Below, piece by piece: positions 9,450 through 18,278 of a DNA stretch of 64,000 nt (position 1 is its first letter; each line of letters starts with the position of its first letter). Source of the stretch: Promethearchaeota archaeon (GTDB taxonomy: Archaea; Asgardarchaeota; Lokiarchaeia; Sigyniarchaeales; SOKP01). The notes under the pieces are model-generated. The model was not told where the DNA came from and did not search any database. It saw only the letters and a program-made list of their open reading frames with translations. The position numbers and the translations under genes are program-made. Location of the stretch: the NCBI GenBank assembly GCA_048938005.1, contig JBHLMQ010000008.1, forward strand, positions 43,224-107,223, read 5' to 3'.

Positions 9450-11126
9450 ATGCTTTCTAACGAGTATCTATTTTCGGACATTGGAATTGATTCAGTTTCT
9501 TTTTATACTACAAGGTCATATGTCGATCTTCATGAACTCGCATTAGAAAGAAAGGTGGATCCTGCAAAATATGCTAAGGGATTATTATCAAAAGAAATAA
9601 GAATAGCCGAGATCGACGAAGATATTATTTCGCTTGGATTAAAAGCAGGATATAATGCTTTATTAAGAGGCAGTATCTCTCCTAAAAGTATAGATGCACT
9701 TTTTGTTGGTACTGAAACAGAAGTATATGCTGCTAAATCAGTTTCTAATATTTTTGCTGAGATGTTAGAAATATCATCTAATTCATTGACTCAGGATATC
9801 TACAACGCCTGTGCTGGGGGGACATTAGCAATTCTCAATGCGATCGCTTTAATTGAAAAAGAAATTATAAAAAAAGCTCTCATTATAAGCACAGATATCT
9901 CTTCATACCATCTTGGTTCCCCAGGTGAACCAACACAAGGATCAGGTGCTATTGGCCTTATTATCTCGAAAAATCCTAGAATAGCTAGATTTAGTAAAAA
10001 ATTTGGAAAAGTTTCAGGAAATGTTAATGACTTTTTTAGACCTGCAAATGATAAAAATGCAAGAGCGTTTGGTAGATATTCTCAAGATGCATATATTAAA
10101 TTCCAGCTTGGTGCCTATGATGACCTAATTAGAAATATTGGCGATTTTAATGCAGATTTTTATACTTTTCATGCCCCATATTCCAAACTTCCCCTTAAAA
10201 CAATGCAACAAATAATCCTAAAACGCTGGATTAAACATATAAATGAGTTACCTAAATTTGAGAAAAAGCAGATTAGATCATCTATACTCAAGAAGATTGA
10301 TCGTTTTTTACATGATGTTACAGTTTTACCAGAATATCTTTATTTAAAATTAAAAGAAAGAGGATTTAGTTCCCCCCTATTAGAGAGATTTTCATATTGG
10401 GTTAATACAAATGTAAAGGAAAGGGTACTTCCTCAATTAAATGTCCCAATGCATTTTGGAAACATGTATAACGCTTCACTCTGGGCTCAAATTATATACC
10501 TTCTAGAAAATCATGCTCGTGTTAATGATACAATTTATTTTGGTTCATACGGCTCGGGAGCGACTTGTATTTCTGGTCTTTTAAAAGTTCAAGACAGATT
10601 TGAAGAAATCGTCCGAAAAGGGCCTCATATTGATGATTTTATATCTCTCAAGAAGAGAAAAAGCGTTCAAGAATACGAACTAATAAAGAATGGTATTACT
10701 AAACCAGAAATATTATTAGGACGTATTATAGAACATGAACAAAACAATAATAGAGGATTTACACTTCATTTTTGTGATGAGGGGTGTCTTCTCCCTAATA
10801 TAAAGGGTTTAAATAACTGCCCGAAAGGGCATTCGGGATATCATAAGAGATTTTTCCCTCTTTTTGCGAAATTAAATAGTGATCCAATAGTTCATACAGA
10901 TAATAATGACCTAAAATATTTAAAAGAAGGGTTGGTAAGAGTAGCTAGTAATGTAAAAAAAGGGGCTTCTTTAGAATATGAAATACGGAGGGTTGAGAAT
11001 GAAAAGGAAGAGAATTTTAATGCAAAAGGATTGTTAAATTGGAGCCCTATATATATTCCGATACCCGAGAAATTTTTAGTAAAAAGAAATGATCAAATCC
11101 AAGATCTTGCTATCCCTCATCTATAA
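9450..11126 (+). CDS. HMG-CoA synthase with internal insertion and C-terminal Cys/His-containing extension
   Basis: 'VGTET', catalytic 'NACAGGT', 'GEPTQGSGA', 'FHAPY', 'GNMYNAS', 'SYGSG'. Confidence 0.9.
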   Translation: MLSNEYLFSDIGIDSVSFYTTRSYVDLHELALERKVDPAKYAKGLLSKEIRIAEIDEDIISLGLKAGYNALLRGSISPKSIDALFVGTETEVYAAKSVSNIFAEMLEISSNSLTQDIYNACAGGTLAILNAIALIEKEIIKKALIISTDISSYHLGSPGEPTQGSGAIGLIISKNPRIARFSKKFGKVSGNVNDFFRPANDKNARAFGRYSQDAYIKFQLGAYDDLIRNIGDFNADFYTFHAPYSKLPLKTMQQIILKRWIKHINELPKFEKKQIRSSILKKIDRFLHDVTVLPEYLYLKLKERGFSSPLLERFSYWVNTNVKERVLPQLNVPMHFGNMYNASLWAQIIYLLENHARVNDTIYFGSYGSGATCISGLLKVQDRFEEIVRKGPHIDDFISLKKRKSVQEYELIKNGITKPEILLGRIIEHEQNNNRGFTLHFCDEGCLLPNIKGLNNCPKGHSGYHKRFFPLFAKLNSDPIVHTDNNDLKYLKEGLVRVASNVKKGASLEYEIRRVENEKEENFNAKGLLNWSPIYIPIPEKFLVKRNDQIQDLAIPHL

Positions 11127-11160
11127 TGATAAGAAATATTAAATGAAATTCGCATTCCAC

Positions 11161-11721
11161 CTATTTATTTCCCCATCTTTTAATATCACTTTCTATTCCG
11201 AATTGATCTAGAATTCGACCAACAGTATGATCAATAAGTTCATCAACGGATTCTGGTTTAATATAATAAGAAGGAACAGGTGGTGCAATTACAACATCTA
11301 ACCTAGCTAATTTAAGCATATTTTCTAAATGTATTGGACTTAGTGGACTCTCTCTTACAATTAGAATTAATTTTCTTTTCTCTTTAATGGTTACATCTGC
11401 AGCTCTAGTAATTAAGTTATTAGAATAACCATTAGCTATAGCTGATAAAGTTTTCATAGTGCAGGGAACAATAATCATGCCATCAATTTTATGCGAGCCA
11501 CTAGCAGGTGGAGCAGTTAAATCATTGACATCATAATAAATTGAAGCTAACTGTTGAAGATCAGTAATTTTGATATTAGATTCACTTAAGATTACTTGTT
11601 CAGCTGCTTTAGATATAATTAATGCGGTTTCAATATTTTTTTCTTTTAAAATATTTAATAATCTAACGGTAACTAATATACCTGAAGCTCCAGTTATCGC
11701 AATAAGAATCAAAATTCTCAC
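11161..11721 (-). CDS. ubiX: Flavin prenyltransferase UbiX
   Basis: 'AITGASG', 'ASGS', 'PCTMKTLSAIANG', 'RAADVTIKEKRKLILIVRESP'. Confidence 0.95.
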   Translation of the reverse strand: MRILILIAITGASGILVTVRLLNILKEKNIETALIISKAAEQVILSESNIKITDLQQLASIYYDVNDLTAPPASGSHKIDGMIIVPCTMKTLSAIANGYSNNLITRAADVTIKEKRKLILIVRESPLSPIHLENMLKLARLDVVIAPPVPSYYIKPESVDELIDHTVGRILDQFGIESDIKRWGNK

Positions 11722-11839
11722 AGATATTTGATTGTAAATTTAAATTTCTTATAAGTATTAATTAATTAGGAATAATAATTATTTTTTGTATTAATTTTAA
11801 AAATGTATAAAAAATAATTCTCTACAAAGATAAAATTAA

Positions 11840-13129
11840 TTGTTAATTATGAATGGATATAATTCTGAAATTTCTGGTTTTTATAAACTTTCAATAGAAA
11901 AACGCAGAGAACTTTTATCTAAGCTTATTAAGTTTTCTGAAAATGATAGAAAGATTCTGGAGAACATAGGATATTTTACAGAAACTCAAATTGATACTTT
12001 AATTGAGAATGTAATTGGTTCCTATCAATTACCAATTGGAATTGCTTGTAATTTCAAAGTAAACAATAAAGATTATTTAATTCCTATGGTTATTGAAGAA
12101 CCTTCTGTTGTTGCAGCAGCCTCAAATGCTGCAAAAATAGCTAGAAAACATGGAGGATTTCAATCTGAAAACGTTAAATCTGTAATGATATCTCAAATTC
12201 AGATAACTAACTTAAAAGATAGAGAATCTGCCAAAATCAAATTAGAAGAAAATAAGGAAATTATTTTAAAAAAAGCAAATGAAAAGGATCCGCTCCTAAT
12301 AAAATTAGGTGGAGGAGCTTTTGATCTTGAAATTCGAGAGCTAACAACTAGAAAAGGAGAAATGTTGATTCTTCATTTATTAGTTGATGTTTTAGATGCA
12401 ATGGGAGCGAATGTGGTAAATACTATGGCTGAAACTGTTAGCCCATATATAGAAGAAGTATCTGGAGGTAAGATATATCTTAGAATTGTATCCAATTTAG
12501 CAACCCATCGAATAGCAAAAAGTAAAGCGACTTTTGATAAGGAATTATTAGGTGGAAAAGAAGTTGTAGAAGGTATATTAAATGCATATGAGTTTGCACT
12601 GGCAGATCCTTATAGAGCCACAACTCATAATAAAGGTATTATGAACGGAATTATAGCTTTAACAATGGCTACAGGAAATGATACGCGAGCTATTGAATCT
12701 GGAGCTCATGCATATGCTGCATTGAGTGGACAATATTCTCCATTAACCAAATATCAAGTTGATTCAGATGGAAATTTAGTAGGAGAAATAGAGATACCTC
12801 TTGCACTTGGCATTATTGGAGGTATGACTAAAATACATCCGATGGCCCGAATTACCTTGAAGATTTTAAACGTTAAAAGTGCTAATGAGCTTTCCCAAGT
12901 TGCTGCTGCTCTCGGATTGGCTCAGAATGTAGCTGCTCTAAGAGCCTTAGCTTCAGAGGGAATTCAGAAGGGGCATATGACTCTACATTCGAGAAATATT
13001 GCAAAACTTGCAGGAGTACCAGAAGAATTAATAGAAAAAGTTGCTAAGAAATTAGTAGAAGATAAAAAAATTAGAGTAGATTATGCGAAAGAAATTTTAC
13101 AAAGAATAGTTAATAATGAAAACCTTTAG
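11840..13129 (+). CDS. mvaA: HMG-CoA reductase, class II
   Basis: 'IENVIG', 'EEPSVVAAAS', 'DAMGAN', 'THNKGIMNG', 'GNDTRAIE', 'EGIQKGHMTLH'. Confidence 0.95.
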   Translation: MLIMNGYNSEISGFYKLSIEKRRELLSKLIKFSENDRKILENIGYFTETQIDTLIENVIGSYQLPIGIACNFKVNNKDYLIPMVIEEPSVVAAASNAAKIARKHGGFQSENVKSVMISQIQITNLKDRESAKIKLEENKEIILKKANEKDPLLIKLGGGAFDLEIRELTTRKGEMLILHLLVDVLDAMGANVVNTMAETVSPYIEEVSGGKIYLRIVSNLATHRIAKSKATFDKELLGGKEVVEGILNAYEFALADPYRATTHNKGIMNGIIALTMATGNDTRAIESGAHAYAALSGQYSPLTKYQVDSDGNLVGEIEIPLALGIIGGMTKIHPMARITLKILNVKSANELSQVAAALGLAQNVAALRALASEGIQKGHMTLHSRNIAKLAGVPEELIEKVAKKLVEDKKIRVDYAKEILQRIVNNENL

Positions 13130-13221
13130 TTTTATAAAATTTGTTTCTGTAACTCCTCTAAACATATAATATTATAGATGTTTATATTAATGGAAATAAC
13201 TCTTTAAGATGAATGTAACTT

Positions 13222-14544
13222 ATGGGATTTCGAGAATATATAAATCAAATTGATGAGAAAAATCTTCTTCGAAAGGTAGATATTGAAGTATCGAAGAAAT
13301 TAGAGATTTCTGGAATTTTAAAAAAGATTGAACCAACACCAGTAATTTTTAATAATGTTAAAGAATCCGAGTTTCGCGTTGTTGGCAATGTCTTTTGTAC
13401 TAAGAATGTGATTGCGTCATACTTCGGCGTTACTCCAGCAGATCTTATACCAATGCTTTCAAACGCAATTTCTAATCATTCTAAACCGGAGATTATTTCA
13501 AATGCGTCTTGCCAAGAAGTGATCGAATCAAATGTGGATTTAGATAAATTTCCGATATTATTCCACTGTGAAAAAGATGGTGGAAATTATATCAGTTCTG
13601 CTGTTGTTATTACTAGAGATCCTGATTATGGACAAAATATGGATTTTCATCGCGCAATGCAGTTTTCCAAAGAAAAATTTTCTACTCGAATAGTTAGTGG
13701 TCGTCATTTCCATCAATTTTTAGAAAAAAACGATGAATTAGATGTAGCATTTTGTATAGGAAATACTCCTAACATTTTAATTGCTGGTGCAACTTCTGTA
13801 GATATTGGTATTGATGAATTAGAAATAGCAAACGCATTAGAACCTATTAAAATTGTTAAGGCAAATTCAGTTGATCTTTTAATTCCGGCAGAAGCAGAAT
13901 TTGTGTTAGAAGGTCGTGTTTATAAGGAAGAGAAACATCCTGAGGGACCATTTGTCGATTTAACTGAAACTTACGATATGGTCAGGGAAGAACCAGTTTT
14001 TGAAGTGAAAAAAATTACTCATAGAGAGGACGCCATTTGGCAAGCTTTATTACCTGGTGCGCTTGAGCACAAAATTTTGATGGGCATGCCTCGAGAACCT
14101 ACTATTTTCAATAAGGTAAATGAAATGGGTGTTAATTGCCTTGATGTCAATATTAGTCCTGGTGGGTCTTCTTGGTTACATGCAATAGTTCAAATAGATA
14201 AAAGATCAGAAGAAGATGGGAAAAAAGCAATAGAGGGGACCTTTATGGGCCATACAAGCTGTAAACATGCTTTTATTGTTGATAAAGATATTAATATTTA
14301 TGATCCTTTATCTGTAGAATGGGCGATGGCGACTCGTTTTCAAGGAGATACCAGAATGGTTATTAAAGATAAAGAGCCAGGGAGTAGTTTAGATCCAAGT
14401 GCGGAACCGGGAACAAAGATGACTACGAAAATTGGTTTTGATTTAACTAAGCCACTTATAGTCAAAGGAAAGAGTTTTGAAATAGCAGAATTTCCAAAAG
14501 TCAATATTAACAAATATTTTTTAGATGAGGTAAGGGAAGAATGA
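13222..14544 (+). CDS. UbiD-family decarboxylase, probably anhydromevalonate phosphate decarboxylase
   Basis: UbiD motifs 'DGGNYI', 'AEFVLEG', 'EGPF', 'SSLDPS'. Overlaps the aconitase-X gene in a mevalonate cluster with ubiX. Confidence 0.85.
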   Translation: MGFREYINQIDEKNLLRKVDIEVSKKLEISGILKKIEPTPVIFNNVKESEFRVVGNVFCTKNVIASYFGVTPADLIPMLSNAISNHSKPEIISNASCQEVIESNVDLDKFPILFHCEKDGGNYISSAVVITRDPDYGQNMDFHRAMQFSKEKFSTRIVSGRHFHQFLEKNDELDVAFCIGNTPNILIAGATSVDIGIDELEIANALEPIKIVKANSVDLLIPAEAEFVLEGRVYKEEKHPEGPFVDLTETYDMVREEPVFEVKKITHREDAIWQALLPGALEHKILMGMPREPTIFNKVNEMGVNCLDVNISPGGSSWLHAIVQIDKRSEEDGKKAIEGTFMGHTSCKHAFIVDKDINIYDPLSVEWAMATRFQGDTRMVIKDKEPGSSLDPSAEPGTKMTTKIGFDLTKPLIVKGKSFEIAEFPKVNINKYFLDEVREE

Positions 14545-15734
14545 AATTGACATCAGAAGAGCAAGAAATGCTGGATGGCAAGTATGGAAAAGCTACCAAG
14601 AAGTCTATGGAAATTTTAACTACACTAGGTGATATATTTGATGCTGAAAACATGGTTGAGGTTTATGGAGTCCAGATAGCTGGTGTTTCCTATGCAAATC
14701 TAGGTGAAGCGGGATTAGAATTTTTAAATGAAATGGCAGAAGATGGTAAGGTTAGAGTTTTAACGACTTTGAATCCAGCAGGAATGGATCGTGAAAATTG
14801 GAAAGCTTTAGGGATAGATGAAGAATTTGCTAAAAATCAGAATCGCGCAATTGATGCTTTTGCTAAAATGGGTATAATTACAACATGTTCTTGTACTCCA
14901 TATTTAATTGGAAATGCTCCACACTTCGGTCAACATCTCGCATGGGCTGAAAGTAGTGCTGTATGTTATGCAAACTCAGTTATTGGTGCTAGAACAAACC
15001 GTGAGGGCGGCCCAAGTGCTTTAGCGTCAGCCATTACAGGAAAAACACCAAAATATGGTTATCATTTGGATGAAAATCGGTATGGGGAAGTTTTAGTAAA
15101 AGTTAACACTCACATTAAAGGTACAGACGAATTTGGGGTATTAGGAAAAATAATTGGAGATAAATTGGTCGAACTGGGAAAGAAAATACCGTATATTACA
15201 GGAGTTCCTTCTGCTACAGTTGAAGAGCTAAAATCATTTTGTGCGTCTGTTGCGACTTACGGTGGAACAGCATTATTCCATATGGAAGGAATTACTCCAG
15301 AATATAATAAATATCCTACTCCAAGTGAAATAATATTTGAAATTAATCAAGATGATATAGATAAAACACGATTGGAACTTATTGATGATGTTATTGAAAT
15401 AGATTTTGTTAGTATAGGGTGTCCTCATGCTTCAATTCACGAAATCGCTAAGATTGCGAGCTTATTGAAGGGAAAGAAAGTAAAAAAAGAATTTTGGATT
15501 ACAACTGCACGACCTACTAAAAGAATTGCTGATGAAGCGGGTTACTCAAAAATAATAGAAGATGCAGGAGCGAAATTTGCGGCAGATACTTGCTGTGTCG
15601 TTGCTCCAATTAAGGGACGTTTCAAAGGTATGATGGTGGATTCAGCAAAAGCATGTTATTATGGTCGGGCTAAAAATAAATTTAAAATCACAATTGGTTC
15701 AGTTGAGAAATGCGTGGGGGAGGCAACAAAATGA
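14541..15734 (+). CDS. Phosphomevalonate dehydratase large subunit (aconitase X catalytic subunit)
   Basis: 'TTLNPAG', 'CSCTPY', 'AWAESSAVCYANSVIGARTNREGG', 'GCPH', 'DTCCVVAP'. Confidence 0.9.
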   Translation: MKLTSEEQEMLDGKYGKATKKSMEILTTLGDIFDAENMVEVYGVQIAGVSYANLGEAGLEFLNEMAEDGKVRVLTTLNPAGMDRENWKALGIDEEFAKNQNRAIDAFAKMGIITTCSCTPYLIGNAPHFGQHLAWAESSAVCYANSVIGARTNREGGPSALASAITGKTPKYGYHLDENRYGEVLVKVNTHIKGTDEFGVLGKIIGDKLVELGKKIPYITGVPSATVEELKSFCASVATYGGTALFHMEGITPEYNKYPTPSEIIFEINQDDIDKTRLELIDDVIEIDFVSIGCPHASIHEIAKIASLLKGKKVKKEFWITTARPTKRIADEAGYSKIIEDAGAKFAADTCCVVAPIKGRFKGMMVDSAKACYYGRAKNKFKITIGSVEKCVGEATK

Positions 15735-16123
15735 AGTTGGAAGGAAGAAAAATTTATAAGGGTACTGCTAAGGCGGAAGCAATCGTTACCAATGACGGTA
15801 TTTCATTTTATGGTGGTGTTGATCCTGATACAGGGAAAGTAGTTGAAGTTGGACATGAACTTGAAGGTCAGTCGGTAACAGGAAAAGTTTTAGTATTTCC
15901 AACAGGCAAGGGGTCTACAGTAGGATCTTATACCATGTATAGAATGAAAAAGAATAACATGGCTCCTGCTGCAATCGTCAATAAACAAATCGATACAATT
16001 GTTGCAGTAGGGTGTATTATCAGTGAAATTCCTTGCGTGGATAAAATTGATATTAGCTATATAAAAACTGGACAAGTTGTTATTGTTAATGGTTTAGAAG
16101 GAACTATAGAAATAATAGATTAG
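15731..16123 (+). CDS. Phosphomevalonate dehydratase small subunit (DUF126 swiveling domain)
   Basis: 'ISFYGGVDPDTG', 'GKGSTVGS'. True start is probably ATG 15731, an ATGA overlap with the upstream stop. Confidence 0.9.
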   Translation: MKLEGRKIYKGTAKAEAIVTNDGISFYGGVDPDTGKVVEVGHELEGQSVTGKVLVFPTGKGSTVGSYTMYRMKKNNMAPAAIVNKQIDTIVAVGCIISEIPCVDKIDISYIKTGQVVIVNGLEGTIEIID

Positions 16124-16139
16124 TTTCATTTTAGAATTT

Positions 16140-17150
16140 ATGAAATCTTCTGCAATTGCTCATTCAAATATTGCGCTAATAAAATATTGGGGTAATTGGA
16201 ACAAGGTGTCCCCAGAACTAAATATTCCTTTAAATGATAGCGTAAGCATGACGAAATATGGGTTATCGGAAAATACTCACTTAAAAGCTCATACTACAAT
16301 AGAATTTTCAGAAGATTTCAAGGAAAATGAAGCAAAATTAAATAATAATCTATTAAAAGGAAGAGATATGGAAAGGATTCTAAAAATCATTAATCCATTA
16401 AGAAAATTAAAAAAAATTGATTACAAATTCAAAATGATGAGTTTTAATGACTTTCCTACCCAAGCAGGTTTGGCATCTTCCGCAGCGGGTTTTGCAGCAC
16501 TTACTATTGCGGCAGCAAAAGCATTAAATTTAGATTTAACGCAAAGGGAATTATCTACATTCGCAAGATTAGGTTCTGGTTCTGCAGCACGCTCTATCCA
16601 CGGAGGATTTGTATATTGGCATCGGGGATTCTCCCATGAAACCTCCTATGCAGAACAAATATGTGGTCCAAATGATTTTGACATGGATGCAATTATTGCC
16701 ATAATAGATGAAGGAAGAAAGGATGTAACATCTGATTTAGGTCATGAATCGGCAAAGACAAGCATATTTAATACAGTACGAGTGAAAAAATCGCATGAAC
16801 AAGCTGAAGAAATCAAAAAAGCAATTCTAGATGATGATTTTAAGAAAGTTGGAACAATTGCTGAAAAAAATTGTATATTTATGCATGCAGTAATGATGAC
16901 ATCTAGACCAGCTTTATTTTATTGGAATCCAACTACTTTAAGAGTAATAAAGAAAGTGCTAAATATTCGAAAATCTGAAAATTTAGATTGCTTCTTTACC
17001 ATCGATGCAGGACCGAATGTACACTGTCTATGCAGACCAGAAATTAATAAACATGTTCAAAATATCTTAGAAAATATTGAAGGTGTCGAAAAAACTATTC
17101 TTGTAAAGCCTGCTAATGATTCTTCTACGACAAATAAGCATTTGTTTTAA
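16140..17150 (+). CDS. mvaD: GHMP-family (di)phosphomevalonate decarboxylase
   Basis: 'NIALIKYWG', 'FPTQAGLASSAAG', 'ARLGSGSAARS', 'FTIDAGPNVH'. Confidence 0.88.
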   Translation: MKSSAIAHSNIALIKYWGNWNKVSPELNIPLNDSVSMTKYGLSENTHLKAHTTIEFSEDFKENEAKLNNNLLKGRDMERILKIINPLRKLKKIDYKFKMMSFNDFPTQAGLASSAAGFAALTIAAAKALNLDLTQRELSTFARLGSGSAARSIHGGFVYWHRGFSHETSYAEQICGPNDFDMDAIIAIIDEGRKDVTSDLGHESAKTSIFNTVRVKKSHEQAEEIKKAILDDDFKKVGTIAEKNCIFMHAVMMTSRPALFYWNPTTLRVIKKVLNIRKSENLDCFFTIDAGPNVHCLCRPEINKHVQNILENIEGVEKTILVKPANDSSTTNKHLF

Positions 17151-17311
17151 TACTACTTAAAATATTTATTCTAATATTTCATTCAACTTATTTTATCCAA
17201 CTTTTTAAATAAAGTCAAAAATTATTTAATTAAGTAATAGATTAAGTTATTTTTATAAATTTGAATTTTTTCAAATTCTATTATGTCATACGAGTATAAT
17301 TGGTGAAGAAT

Positions 17312-18278
17312 TTGGGATCTGGAATAGGATATGGAAAGACCATACTTTTTGGCGAAATTTATTTCCCATTTCAGGAATAAACGCAATCATTTTGTTGTAT
17401 ATGGCCTTCCAGCAATTGTATCAGCTTTAGGATCTTTTACAACCGCGGAAGTTAAAATTCTTAAGGGTAATGGTTGGACGGTTGATGATCAAAGACCTGC
17501 AACACCCGGTTATAAAAAAAAGAAATTTAATGAAGCAAAAAAATCAATTAAAAATATAATTGAGTATTTAAATATAGATATAGAGAATCAAAAACTTGAA
17601 ATAAAATTTGCTGGGGACTTAATCGCCGCGAGTGGAGTAGGTGCTTCAGCAGCTCAATGTACATCTCTTTCTCGAGCTTTAAATAACACATTTAATCTTA
17701 ATCTAAACAACGAAAAGATAAACGAAGCTGCCTATGAAGGAGAGAAAGCATACCATGGAACCCCTTCGGGCATCGATAACACAGCCTCTACTTATGGTGG
17801 TATGATTTGGTTTGTAAAAAATTTGAGTGGGGGAAAAAATACTATGGATCTTCTGCAATCTCCAAAAAAGATACCTTTAGTAATAGCAAATTCAGGAATA
17901 ACAGCTTCAACAACAGAAGTTGTTGCCGATGTTCGACGTTTAAAGAAAGAAAATCCAGAAAAATTTGACAAAATCTTCAAGAAATATGAAAAATTAGCAG
18001 AAGAGGCAAAAAAAGCCTTGATTGAAGGTGATATCACTACTATTGGTAATCTAATGAATCAAAATCATAAATTACTACAAGATATTACGGTATCTGGAGA
18101 GATTAATGATAAACTAATTGATATATCCTTACAAAATGGAGCTATTGGTGCTAAAATGACAGGAACAGGGCGGGGTGGCTTGGTTATAGCGCTAACAGAA
18201 AATGAGAAACTACAAGATAAGATTGCCAAAGCAATTGAAAAAGAAGGATATGATGCCTGGAAAACCATGATTGGATGA
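17312..18278 (+). CDS. mvk: Mevalonate kinase, split gene: exon 1 17312..17356, exon 2 17388..18278
   Basis: TTG at 17312 after a GGTGA RBS encodes MGSGIGYGKTILFGE; the frame resumes at 17388 with HFVVYGLPAI. Also 'SGVGASAA', 'HGTPSGIDN', 'GAKMTGTGRGG'. Confidence 0.9.
17357..17387 (+). other. Putative 31-nt BHB-like (tRNA-type) intron in the mvk mRNA
   Basis: Removal restores GEH exactly. Internal hairpin, helix GGCG/CGCA, bulges AA|A and AT|C. Contains an in-frame TAA. Confidence 0.75.

Noticed and set aside
15710-15730. N-terminal extension MRGGGNK of the dehydratase small subunit
   Set aside because: It overlaps the upstream gene and contains the likely RBS; ATG 15731 fits better.
17331-17387. 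ORF-track N-terminus MERPYFLAKFISHFRNKRN for mevalonate kinase
   Set aside because: It lacks the conserved K.ILFGE motif, which is encoded in another frame from TTG 17312.
17340-17390. Simple sequencing frameshift or ribosomal slippage in mvk
   Set aside because: A 1-nt shift would leave ten extra residues inside the GEH motif; the discrepancy is a discrete structured 31-nt insert. An assembly artefact is not fully excluded without reads.
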